A DNA stretch of 64,000 nt from Vicinamibacterales bacterium (GCA_965202655.1 CBDBBK010000002.1:658528-722527), one strand, 5' to 3'. Numbered from the stretch's first letter, positions 10,891 through 18,517 are shown. Translations and numbers: made by a program. The notes: generated by a model from the letters alone, not told the origin.

Positions 10891-11493
10891 CTAGACCAGC
10901 GTCTTGAGGGCCGGCGCGTTGGCGATGCGAATCGTCACGCCGGTGCGATCCCGGTCCGCGAGCGGAGCCGACTCCACGCGCGCGTCGCCGAAGATGAGGC
11001 GCGCGGCCTGTTCGGCGGCGTCCTGAAGCTCTCGTTCCACGTCAGGATCCTTCGGCGCGTGCAGCCGATCGTTGACCACCAGTTCGATCCGGTCAGCCTC
11101 GAACGGCATCGCACCGTCCGGGTCGTCGGCCGTGTCCTGCTGCAGGCGCCGGGCCGCGAAGAAGAGCGTGCTCGCGGCGTCGGCGATGCGGCCGGCGAGG
11201 GAGCCGGGCGTCTTCCGTTTGACGGCGTAGGCGAAGCCCGCGCGCTGGTGGCAGTCGAAGACGTAGTTCGCTTCGTGGGCCACGAGCAGGACGTTCGGAG
11301 ACTCGGGCAGGTGGCCGTAGTCGGCGACGTCGATCAGCAGGCCGGGCACCGCCCGCTCCCGGATCCAGCGGTGGAAGATATCGATGATGTCACGCGGCCG
11401 CACCGCGCGGCCTTCCGCCAGGAAGAGCTTCACGCTGAAGCGTTCGATGGCGTCGACGTCGACTGCGTGATCCATCCGGGCGGCCTGCACCAT
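10891..11493 (-). CDS. hypothetical protein, last gene of the sulfite reductase operon
   Basis: 200-aa ORF starting 15 nt after the sir stop on the same strand. Amino-acid composition is normal, unlike the Arg/Pro-rich shadow ORFs. I recognise no family. Confidence 0.55.
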   Translation of the reverse strand: MVQAARMDHAVDVDAIERFSVKLFLAEGRAVRPRDIIDIFHRWIRERAVPGLLIDVADYGHLPESPNVLLVAHEANYVFDCHQRAGFAYAVKRKTPGSLAGRIADAASTLFFAARRLQQDTADDPDGAMPFEADRIELVVNDRLHAPKDPDVERELQDAAEQAARLIFGDARVESAPLADRDRTGVTIRIANAPALKTLV

Positions 11494-11508
11494 CGAGTCC
11501 GGTTGGCC

Positions 11509-13839
11509 TCAGGCGGTCGGCGCTTCCGCCGCGGCGGACACCGCGCCGGCGCTCCCCGCCGGCCGTGCGGCGAGCCGCGCGGCGCAGGCATGGCACGCCT
11601 CGAGGAAGAGTTGCGCCTCCTCGATCAGGTGGTGCACAGTCTCTTCGGTCTCGCGCGGACCGGAGCCGTGCCGGCGGAAGAGGTACATCGCGAACTTCCC
11701 CCCGGCGTACTTGTCGAAGAAGACCTGGGTGTCGAAAAAGCGGGTCCTGAACTCGCGGACTATCGTGTCGGCGTCGTCCCCGATGTCGACGAACTCGGTC
11801 TTGATCAGCCCGCGGGCGCCCAACAGCATCGACCGGTAGGCGAGTGCGTCGGCCTCTGCCGGCGAGCCTTCCTCCAGCCTCAACTGGGCTTCGAAAATCT
11901 GCGCCTCGGCCGCCGCCAGGTCGAACTCGGTGAGCGTGACCACTTCGCCGGCGCACTCGCCGACGCCCATGTCTCCCAACGTGAACTCGCGCGGGTCGCC
12001 CCAGTCGGAATAGAAGGACGGGTCGTCGTCGTGCGACGGCACCGCTGCGAGGTCGGCGAACATCTCGCGCAGCGCGCGCTTGCCGATCCGCCGCGTGTAG
12101 TCCTGGAACGTCTCGTTCTCCTGCCGCTCGGCGACGAACCGGCCGGTGATTCTATCGATCACCTCCGGGATGCGCTTCGACGGAATCGCGCCCGACGCCA
12201 GCCCGTAGGATCCGGCGTTCTCCGTCCATTGCCCGCCCAGCACCACCTGGAAGTGCGGCACGGCGTAGCCGCCGATGTTCCGGCTGACGCCATAGAAACC
12301 GAGATCGGCGACGTGATGCTGGCCGCACGAGTTGAAGCAGCCGCTGGTCTTGATGCGGAGTCCGCGCACCGCCGGGTCGGTCGCGCTGTCCGGCCGCCCG
12401 AGGTGATTCGCCAGCTCCGCCGCCAGGCCGCGTGACGAGGCGATCCCCAGCTTGCACGTGTCGGTGCCGGGGCAGGCCGTAATGTCGGTGATGGTCCCGG
12501 CTCCCGGACTATCCAGCCGGATTGCGCGCAGCCCGTCGTACAGCTCCCGCAGATCCGTCTCGCGCACCCACCGCAGCACGATGTTCTGCTCGGCCGTCGC
12601 CCGCGCTTCGCCCCGGGCGTAGCGCTCGACGAGCGACGCCAGGCCGCGCATCTGGGTGGAGGTCAGATCGCCCAGCGGCAGGGTGACGGTGACGACGGCG
12701 TAGCCGGCCTGGCGCTGGTGGTAGACGTTGGTCTGCGCCCAGCCGTCCAGGCGCTGCCGGGCGGCGTCGGCGTTCGCGTTGCTGATGTGAAGCGTCACGG
12801 GAACGCCGGATGGGTTCGGCCGCGCGTCGCAGGACGGTCCCGGCGCAGCCGGAGGGCCGGCCGCGGCGTCCGCGAGGTGCGCCGTCCACCGCGGGTCTTC
12901 CGGCAGCCCCGCCCGCTCTTCCAGTACGAGTCGGCGGAATTCTTCGAGGCCCAGTTGCGCCACGAGGAACTTGATCCGCGCCCGCGCGCGGTTCTTCTTC
13001 TCGCCCAGGCGAGCGAAGATCCGCGCGATCGCCTGCGCCGTCGGCAGCAGCTCCTCCACCGGCAGGAACGGGTCGAACAGCTTCGCCTGGTACGGCACCG
13101 CACCGAGCCCGCCGCCGACGTAGGTCTCGAAACCGCGCCGCTCCACACCGTTCTCGTTCCTCGTTACGGCGACAAGTCCCAGATCGTGCATCGCCACCAG
13201 TCCGCACGCCTCGTCACGGCATCCGGAGAACGCCACCTTGAACTTCCGGCCGAAGTCCTGCGTGTCCGGGTGGCCGAGCAGGAAGTGCATGCACGCCACC
13301 GCATGCGGCGTCACGTCGAAGGTCTCGCCATGGCAGACGCCGGCGAGCGGACAGGCGGTGACGTTCCGGACCGTGTTGCCGCATGCCTCGCGCGTCGTGA
13401 TGCCGACGGCGGCGAGGCGGCGCATCAGGTCGGGCGTGTCATCGATATGGACGAAGTGGAGCTGGATGTCCTGCCGCGTGGTCACATGGCAGACTCCGTC
13501 GCTGTACTCCTCCGCCAGGTCGGCGAGAGTTCGCATCTGCGCCGGGTCGAGCAGCCCCATCGGAATCTTGATCCGCTGCATCCCGGGGGCGTCCCACACG
13601 GTGTCGGGACCCTTGGTCAGCTTGTCCGCCGAATACGGCAGAGGTTTCGGACCCGTTCCGTCGTCCCGGTGTCCGTTGTCGTACCGCTGCCCGTAAACGC
13701 CTCGGCGCAGCCGGGTCTCGGCGAAGACTTTCTCGTCGATTTTTCCCTGGCGCCGAAGCTCGATCTGACTTTCGAAGAGATCGATTTCCGCGCCGAGATC
13801 CGCCGGAATCCGTTCCGCCAGTCTTGTCTTCCAGGTCAT
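11509..13839 (-). CDS. sir: ferredoxin-type sulfite (nitrite/sulfite) reductase hemoprotein with about 175-aa C-terminal extension
   Basis: 776 aa. Duplicated NIR_SIR ferredoxin-like/siroheme modules, with cluster ligands TACPGTDTCKLG ... TSGCFNSCGQHH. Its start overlaps the cysG stop (ATGA). Confidence 0.88.
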   Translation of the reverse strand: MTWKTRLAERIPADLGAEIDLFESQIELRRQGKIDEKVFAETRLRRGVYGQRYDNGHRDDGTGPKPLPYSADKLTKGPDTVWDAPGMQRIKIPMGLLDPAQMRTLADLAEEYSDGVCHVTTRQDIQLHFVHIDDTPDLMRRLAAVGITTREACGNTVRNVTACPLAGVCHGETFDVTPHAVACMHFLLGHPDTQDFGRKFKVAFSGCRDEACGLVAMHDLGLVAVTRNENGVERRGFETYVGGGLGAVPYQAKLFDPFLPVEELLPTAQAIARIFARLGEKKNRARARIKFLVAQLGLEEFRRLVLEERAGLPEDPRWTAHLADAAAGPPAAPGPSCDARPNPSGVPVTLHISNANADAARQRLDGWAQTNVYHQRQAGYAVVTVTLPLGDLTSTQMRGLASLVERYARGEARATAEQNIVLRWVRETDLRELYDGLRAIRLDSPGAGTITDITACPGTDTCKLGIASSRGLAAELANHLGRPDSATDPAVRGLRIKTSGCFNSCGQHHVADLGFYGVSRNIGGYAVPHFQVVLGGQWTENAGSYGLASGAIPSKRIPEVIDRITGRFVAERQENETFQDYTRRIGKRALREMFADLAAVPSHDDDPSFYSDWGDPREFTLGDMGVGECAGEVVTLTEFDLAAAEAQIFEAQLRLEEGSPAEADALAYRSMLLGARGLIKTEFVDIGDDADTIVREFRTRFFDTQVFFDKYAGGKFAMYLFRRHGSGPRETEETVHHLIEEAQLFLEACHACAARLAARPAGSAGAVSAAAEAPTA

Positions 13840-15263
13840 CGTCCCCGCCCCCCGGCGCGGCGTCGTCGGGCCGCCCCTTCGGCATCGATCCGCGTGTCGG
13901 CGCTACGCTCCGCGTTGGCTCCGATCAGGAGCCGCAGCCGCGCCACCTCACCAACAACAAGCGTTCCCGGCGTTGACGGTTCACTGCCGCGCTCCGGAAC
14001 GGTCGTCCCGTCCGCGCCCGGCCATTCGAACCGCCCGTCTCCCAGCGCATCCAGGCGACCGTTCCAGGTCGCCATATCGGGGGTCGCAGCCCCGAGCACG
14101 ACCGCGGCCGGCGTGTCCGCCCGCCACCCGACATCGAGCAACGTCCGCACAATCCGCTCGCGATTCCGCAATCCCATCAGCACCACGATGGTCATCGACC
14201 CCGGCGCGACGCTCCGCAGGATCGGTTCATAGGCTTCCGGGGCGTGCCCCGACACGACGGTGAAACCCGTGGTCATGCCGCGATGGGTCACCGGAATGCC
14301 TGCAAGGCCCGGCGCCGCCACCGCCGACGTCACGCCCGGGATTACCTCGAACGTCACTCCTGCCGACGCCAGGGCCAGCGCTTCTTCGCCGCCGCGCCCC
14401 AGCAGGAACGGATCGCCGTTCTTCAGCCGCACCACCCGCTTGCCGCGGCGCGCGCCGCGAATCATCAGCCGTTGAATGGTCTCCTGCGTCACGGCCGGAC
14501 GTCCGGCGCGCTTGGCGACGCTGAAGTGCTGCGCGCGCGTGGCCAGCGCGACCGTCGATTCGGGCACGAGGCCGTCGTACAGCACGAGATCCGCTTCGGC
14601 GAGGCGCTGCGCCCCGCGGACGGTGAGCAGATCCGGATCGCCCGGCCCGGCGCCGATCAGCGAGACGAAGCCGCCGCCATCGGGCGCGGCCGTCCGCCGC
14701 CCGTCGCGTTCGTACAATCCGATCAGCGCGTCGAGGAGTTCGGGCCGGCGCGCTTCCATCGGCGTGTCGTCCCGCCGCCAGCGGGCGCGCAGTCGATCCG
14801 ACTCGAGGAGCCACCGCTCGAGATCCGTCTCGGGGAGGATTGCATCGAGTCCCTCGCGCAGCAGACCGGCGATCGCGGGCGCCCGGCCGTCGGTGGAGAT
14901 CGCGATCGTGGCGCCGCCGCGACGCACCACGCCGCCGAGATAGAGGCTGGCGTTCGGCGGATCGTCGACCGCGTTGACGAAGAGCTGGCGGTCGCCCGCG
15001 GCGCGCGCCACTTCGCGGTTCACCGCGGGCGATGCCGCGGCGACGACGAGCCAGGCGCCGTCGAGGTCGGACGGCTCGAACCGGCGGCGGATCAGCGTGA
15101 CGCCGGGCGTCGACGCGATCTTCTCGACGATGGCCGGCGCGATCACCGTCACCTCCGCCCCCGCCTCCTGCAGCCCGCGCACTTTGGAGGCGGCGACGGG
15201 GCCGCCCCCGACGACCACCACGCGGCGGCCGTTCAGTTTCAGGAACGCGGGAAAGAGCTGCAT
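13836..15263 (-). CDS. cysG: siroheme synthase (precorrin-2 dehydrogenase/ferrochelatase + uroporphyrinogen-III C-methyltransferase)
   Basis: From the ATG at 15263: MQLFPAFLKLNGRRVVVVGGGPVAASKV (the CysG N-terminal Rossmann fold), then a SUMT domain (VSLIGAGPGDPDLLTVRG ... LKNGDPFLLGRGGEE). The Arg-rich 74-aa N-terminal extension in the track is rejected. Confidence 0.9.
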   Translation of the reverse strand: MQLFPAFLKLNGRRVVVVGGGPVAASKVRGLQEAGAEVTVIAPAIVEKIASTPGVTLIRRRFEPSDLDGAWLVVAAASPAVNREVARAAGDRQLFVNAVDDPPNASLYLGGVVRRGGATIAISTDGRAPAIAGLLREGLDAILPETDLERWLLESDRLRARWRRDDTPMEARRPELLDALIGLYERDGRRTAAPDGGGFVSLIGAGPGDPDLLTVRGAQRLAEADLVLYDGLVPESTVALATRAQHFSVAKRAGRPAVTQETIQRLMIRGARRGKRVVRLKNGDPFLLGRGGEEALALASAGVTFEVIPGVTSAVAAPGLAGIPVTHRGMTTGFTVVSGHAPEAYEPILRSVAPGSMTIVVLMGLRNRERIVRTLLDVGWRADTPAAVVLGAATPDMATWNGRLDALGDGRFEWPGADGTTVPERGSEPSTPGTLVVGEVARLRLLIGANAERSADTRIDAEGAARRRRAGGRGR

Positions 15264-15282
15264 CTGTGGTTCGATCCCTGTG

Positions 15283-16047
15283 TCACGGATCCGCCGACAC
15301 GGTCTCCGGTTCGGGCGCCGTATGCAGGCCGCACTCGGTCTTCGCCGTGCCCCGCCAGCGTCCCGCCCGCTGGTCCTCGCCCGGCGCGACCCAGGTCGTG
15401 CACGGCCAGCAGCCGATGCTGGGGAAGCCCTGATCGTGCAGCGGGTTGTAGGGCACGTCGTGCTTCGCGAGGTAGCGCCAGACATCCTTCGCCGTCCACG
15501 TGACGAGCGGATTCACCTTCGCTATCTCGAACTTGCCGTCCCACTCGACCGTCAGGGCGTTCGCGCGCTGCGGCGTCTGATCGCGCCGGATCGCGGCGAT
15601 CCAGGCATCGACGTTTTCCAGCTCCTCGCGCAGCGGGATCACCTTCCGCATGGCGCAGCAGCGGTCGGGTGCGCGTTCCCAGAGCCGATCGCCGTACAAC
15701 GCGTTCTGTTCGTCCACCGCCAGCGCCGGCTTCACCCCGCGGATCGTCAGGCCGTAGCGCGCTTCGAGCCGCCGCCAGAGATCACGGGTTTCCTCGAAGA
15801 TCAGGCCGGTGTCGAGCGTGAAGATGTCGATGGGGAGTGCGTGGCGACCGATGAGATCGATCAGAACGCACCCCTCCGGACCGAACCCGGTGGCAAACGT
15901 CAGCCGGTCGGCGTACTCGTCCACCGCCCAGCGCAGCACGTCCTCCGGCGGCGTCCCCTCCAGCATGGCGGCGACCGTGGCAAGGTCGTTTTCCGCCGCG
16001 TACCCGTTCTCAAACCGTTCCGCGCGTTCCAGAACCGTAGTGCTCAC
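15283..16047 (-). CDS. cysH: adenylylsulfate (APS) reductase, thioredoxin-dependent, Fe-S type
   Basis: PAPS_reduct fold. It has a CC pair (DRCCAMRKV) and CxxC (IGCWPCT), characteristic of cluster-containing APS reductases, plus a C-terminal ECGLH. The GTG start at 16047 overlaps the tauE-like stop (GTGA). Confidence 0.88.
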   Translation of the reverse strand: MSTTVLERAERFENGYAAENDLATVAAMLEGTPPEDVLRWAVDEYADRLTFATGFGPEGCVLIDLIGRHALPIDIFTLDTGLIFEETRDLWRRLEARYGLTIRGVKPALAVDEQNALYGDRLWERAPDRCCAMRKVIPLREELENVDAWIAAIRRDQTPQRANALTVEWDGKFEIAKVNPLVTWTAKDVWRYLAKHDVPYNPLHDQGFPSIGCWPCTTWVAPGEDQRAGRWRGTAKTECGLHTAPEPETVSADP

Positions 16048-16838
16048 CAAATGCCTCCGTACGCCATCGAAATACCGTGCGCCCCACCGAACATCGCCAA
16101 GTGAATGCCGAGAAACAGCAGCACGGTTGCCAGACCGGTCCGCAATGTGCGTTCCGGAACCACGATCGACATCCGCGCGCCGATCAGCACGCCGGGGATG
16201 GCGCCACAAAGCACCAGGCCCGCCAGCGCGAAATCGACGCGTCCCGCCGCGGCATGACCGACCGTCGCCGCCGCCGACAGAAAGAGCGCGTGGACCAGGT
16301 CGGTGCCGACCGTCGTCCGCGCGCCAAGGGGATACGCGAGCACGAGCGCGCAGAGCAGGAGCGAGCCGCTCCCCACGCTTGTGGTCGCGACCAGAACGCC
16401 GGTAACGAAACCGATCGCCACGGTAACCTGCGGCGCCGGTTGTTTCGCCGGCCGCAACCTGTCGCTGAAGCGGACGCGCAGCCAGAGCGCAACCCCCGCG
16501 AGCACCAGCACGAGGCCGAGAGCCCGCGTCAGCCAGTAGTCGATCTGCGTCGCCGGCAGCGCACCCAGGATGACGAGGCCCACGACGGCGCCCGGGATGG
16601 AGCCGAGGGCGAGCCGTCCCACGGTGGGCCAGTGCACCTCCCGGCGCAGCGCGTAGAAGCCGCCTCCGAACAGCTTCATCGCGCTGGCGATCAGGACGTC
16701 CGAGCCGATCGCGACCGGCGCCGGCACGCGCGCGATCAGGATCAGCGCCGGTGTGAGCAGCGCGCCGCCGCCGGTGGACGTCGCCCCGACCAGCAGGCCG
16801 ACGACGAAGCCGATCAGGACGGGTGCGACCTCCGTCAC
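16044..16838 (-). CDS. TauE/SafE (DUF81) family anion transporter, first gene of the cys operon
   Basis: 264 aa and multi-pass hydrophobic, with two internally similar halves bearing Gly-rich helices (GLLVGATSTGGGALLTP / GVLVATTSVGSGSLL). GTG start preceded by GAGG. Confidence 0.8.
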   Translation of the reverse strand: MTEVAPVLIGFVVGLLVGATSTGGGALLTPALILIARVPAPVAIGSDVLIASAMKLFGGGFYALRREVHWPTVGRLALGSIPGAVVGLVILGALPATQIDYWLTRALGLVLVLAGVALWLRVRFSDRLRPAKQPAPQVTVAIGFVTGVLVATTSVGSGSLLLCALVLAYPLGARTTVGTDLVHALFLSAAATVGHAAAGRVDFALAGLVLCGAIPGVLIGARMSIVVPERTLRTGLATVLLFLGIHLAMFGGAHGISMAYGGIW

Positions 16839-16942
16839 GCGGAAAACCTCGCGCGCGGCGCGCCGCCGTCGGCTACCGTGTCCATCCCGTTCACTCTGTG
16901 CGTTCCGTTCATGCGTTTCGACCGTTCTCTCGCCGCGGCCAC

Positions 16943-16974
16943 AAAAAAAGCCCGGAGGGCGTCGCCCCCCAGGC
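16943..16974 (-). terminator. intrinsic terminator inside the 5' leader of the cys operon (attenuator)
   Basis: Minus-strand RNA is GCCUGGGGGG-CGACG-CCCUCCGGGC followed by UUUUUUU. That is a 10-bp stem (8 Watson-Crick pairs plus 2 G-U), a 5-nt loop and a 7-U tract. It sits about 105 nt upstream of the tauE-like start and does not follow any minus-strand gene. Confidence 0.8.
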
Positions 16975-17013
16975 TCTCAGTCTGTCGCGCGTCGTCTGAT
17001 GTCTGCTGTTCGC

Positions 17014-17127
17014 TTACGCCATCAATGCATCCGAACGCGTACGACCGTCGCCCAGGGGAGCCCCTTGGGGCCCCATACAACAGCAGCAACAACAGGCGCA
17101 GCCGGGAGCGAAGGTCGGTACGAGCAT
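17014..17127 (-). CDS. candidate Cys-rich leader peptide (37 aa)
   Basis: MLVPTFAPGCACCCCCCMGPQGAPLGDGRTRSDALMA. Six consecutive Cys codons, UGU UGU UGC UGC UGU UGU, occupy 17095-17078. The stop UAA (17016-17014) lies 3 nt before a segment complementary to the Cys-codon run. Confidence 0.55.
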   Translation of the reverse strand: MLVPTFAPGCACCCCCCMGPQGAPLGDGRTRSDALMA

Positions 17128-17140
17128 CTGCGTCAGACGG

Positions 17141-17171
17141 ATTGTAGTCCCACCTGCACCCAGGGAGTCAA
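17141..17171 (-). promoter_or_regulatory. sigma-70-type promoter candidate for the cys leader
   Basis: The minus strand has TTGACT (17171-17166), a 19-nt spacer, then TACAAT (17146-17141). The -10 box ends 13 nt before the leader ATG, implying a very short 5' UTR. The spacer is longer than optimal. Confidence 0.35.
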
Positions 17172-17175
17172 GTTG

Positions 17176-17221
17176 GGATGGTGGGTTAGTATGCTGAGCG
17201 ACAGTAACCCGTTCGCCATCC
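17176..17221 (+). promoter_or_regulatory. nested inverted repeat / 5'-UTR stem-loop ahead of the endostatin-like gene
   Basis: Outer arms GGATGG (17176-17181) / CCATCC (17216-17221) enclose inner arms GGGTTA (17183-17188) / TAACCC (17205-17210). The element ends 3 nt before a GAGAGGAGAG ribosome-binding region. Confidence 0.35.
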
Positions 17222-17239
17222 TGAGAGGAGAGCACTCAG

Positions 17240-17914
17240 ATGAGGAACAAACGAATCCGGCTGGCAGCTACGGCGGTCTTCGGTGCGTTGGTTCTGTCCG
17301 GGCTATCGGCCATGGCCCAGCAACAGGAAGAGGAGCCGCCTCCGATGGGCTTCTTCATCACCAGTACCGGCCTCGGTGACGGCGCCAACCTCGGCGGGCT
17401 GGACGGCGCGGACGCCCACTGCCAGACACTGGCCGCCGGGGCGGGCGGCGGCAGCCGCACCTGGCGGGCCTACCTAAGCACGCAGGGCCCGGGAGCCGTC
17501 AACGCACGCGATCGGATCGGGGAGGGACCGTGGGCGAACTCGGAGGGCCTCGTCATGGCCACCAGCGTCGACAGTCTGCACTTCGACAACTCCAACTTCA
17601 ACTGGACCTACACGCTGGACGAGAACGGCAACCAGTTCGCGTCACGCATCGACGGAGACCCTGACTTCACGGAGCACGACGTGCTGACCGGCACGCAGAT
17701 GGACGGCACGGCGTTTCCGGTGGGTGAGGACCGCACCTGCGGCAACTGGACCAGCAATGGCGAAGGCAGCGCCATGCTCGGCCACGCCGACCGCTACTCC
17801 TTCACGACGCCGGGTTCATCCTGGAACACCGCCCACCCGTCACGCGGTTGCTCACAGGACAATCTGGTGGCCACGGGAGGGGCCGGCCTGTTCTACTGCT
17901 TCGCCGTCGACTAA
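17240..17914 (+). CDS. secreted protein with endostatin-like / DUF1554-like (C-type-lectin fold) domain
   Basis: Signal peptide (AVFGALVLSGLSAMAQQ). By eye, GGLDGADAHCQ...TWRAYLST and ...CGNWTS...C...LFYCFAV parallel the endostatin pattern GIRGADFQC...TFRAFLSS ... CETWRT...C...VLCIE, with four Cys in equivalent order. Confidence 0.45.
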   Translation: MRNKRIRLAATAVFGALVLSGLSAMAQQQEEEPPPMGFFITSTGLGDGANLGGLDGADAHCQTLAAGAGGGSRTWRAYLSTQGPGAVNARDRIGEGPWANSEGLVMATSVDSLHFDNSNFNWTYTLDENGNQFASRIDGDPDFTEHDVLTGTQMDGTAFPVGEDRTCGNWTSNGEGSAMLGHADRYSFTTPGSSWNTAHPSRGCSQDNLVATGGAGLFYCFAVD

Positions 17915-18510
17915 GGGCCGACCCTCGCCACCAGGGATCGGATAGCCTCGGGCAGTTCCAGGGACGGGACGGCGGCGCGGCCCTCGTCCGACATCTTGCG
18001 CCACGTCTTCTTCAGGATGTCGACGACCTTGTCATCGTCGTGCTTCGCGGCGAAGTCGGCGAGGTAGTGGGTGAGGAAGACGTGACAGATGACGTCCTCG
18101 AGGAGCTGAACCTCGGGGTCGGCCTTCAGGCGGTCCTTGCGGACGAGGGACCGGACCCGCGCGATCGTCGCTTCGTCGTAACCGACATCGCCGAGGATGC
18201 CGGCCGCCGTGTCGGCATGAAAGGCGGCCAGGTCGGTGCGCCACTGGCGGTAGCCGGCGCGGCCCTCCGGGTAGTCGCCGCGTGGAATGGTCCAGCGCCG
18301 GATGTGCTGGCAGCGGGCGGCGAGCTGGACGGTTTCGTTGGCGTCGGGGGCAAACCGGTCGAGCGCGGCCGTCATGCGACTGGCATAGACCAGTTCCTTC
18401 GGCTGAGGACGGCCGCCCTCTACCTCGGTGTTGGGATCCTCCGCATTGGCGGCGTCGAAACGGCGCATCGCTTCGCGGAAGCGGGCGAACGCATCGTCGC
18501 GAGCCGTCAT
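17911..18510 (-). CDS. DUF4202 family protein
   Basis: 199 aa. Recognisable family pattern (LAARCQHIRRWTIPRGDYPEGRAGYRQWR ... PEVQLLEDVICHVFL ... KKTWRKMSDEGR). Begins 7 nt after the sat/cysC stop. Confidence 0.7.
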   Translation of the reverse strand: MTARDDAFARFREAMRRFDAANAEDPNTEVEGGRPQPKELVYASRMTAALDRFAPDANETVQLAARCQHIRRWTIPRGDYPEGRAGYRQWRTDLAAFHADTAAGILGDVGYDEATIARVRSLVRKDRLKADPEVQLLEDVICHVFLTHYLADFAAKHDDDKVVDILKKTWRKMSDEGRAAVPSLELPEAIRSLVARVGP

Positions 18511-18517
18511 CGACGCT

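Noticed and set aside
15264-15485. N-terminal extensions of the longest ORFs for cysG (to 15485), cysH (to 16209), the sigma-54 activator (to 3681), the pterin dehydratase (24497), the NIPSNAP gene (to 55635) and DUF4159 (50095).
   Set aside because: The extensions are Arg/Pro-rich, overlap the upstream genes, and precede canonical family N-termini that begin at internal start codons. Some of those internal starts form GTGA/ATGA coupling overlaps.
16975-17140. Possible SAM (S-box) or other known sulfur-related riboswitch in the cys leader.
   Set aside because: I could not find the conserved SAM-I core elements or any SAM-II/IV-like motifs that I can recall by eye. The Cys-codon ORF plus the alternative pairings explain the terminator better. 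A covariance-model scan (Rfam/Infernal) would be decisive.
17014-17235. 73-aa version of the Cys-run ORF in the track (MLSSQDGERV...).
   Set aside because: Its start would lie at the start codon of the divergent plus-strand gene and upstream of the only plausible promoter. The internal ATG at 17127 gives a leader-peptide-sized ORF. The start assignment remains unproven.
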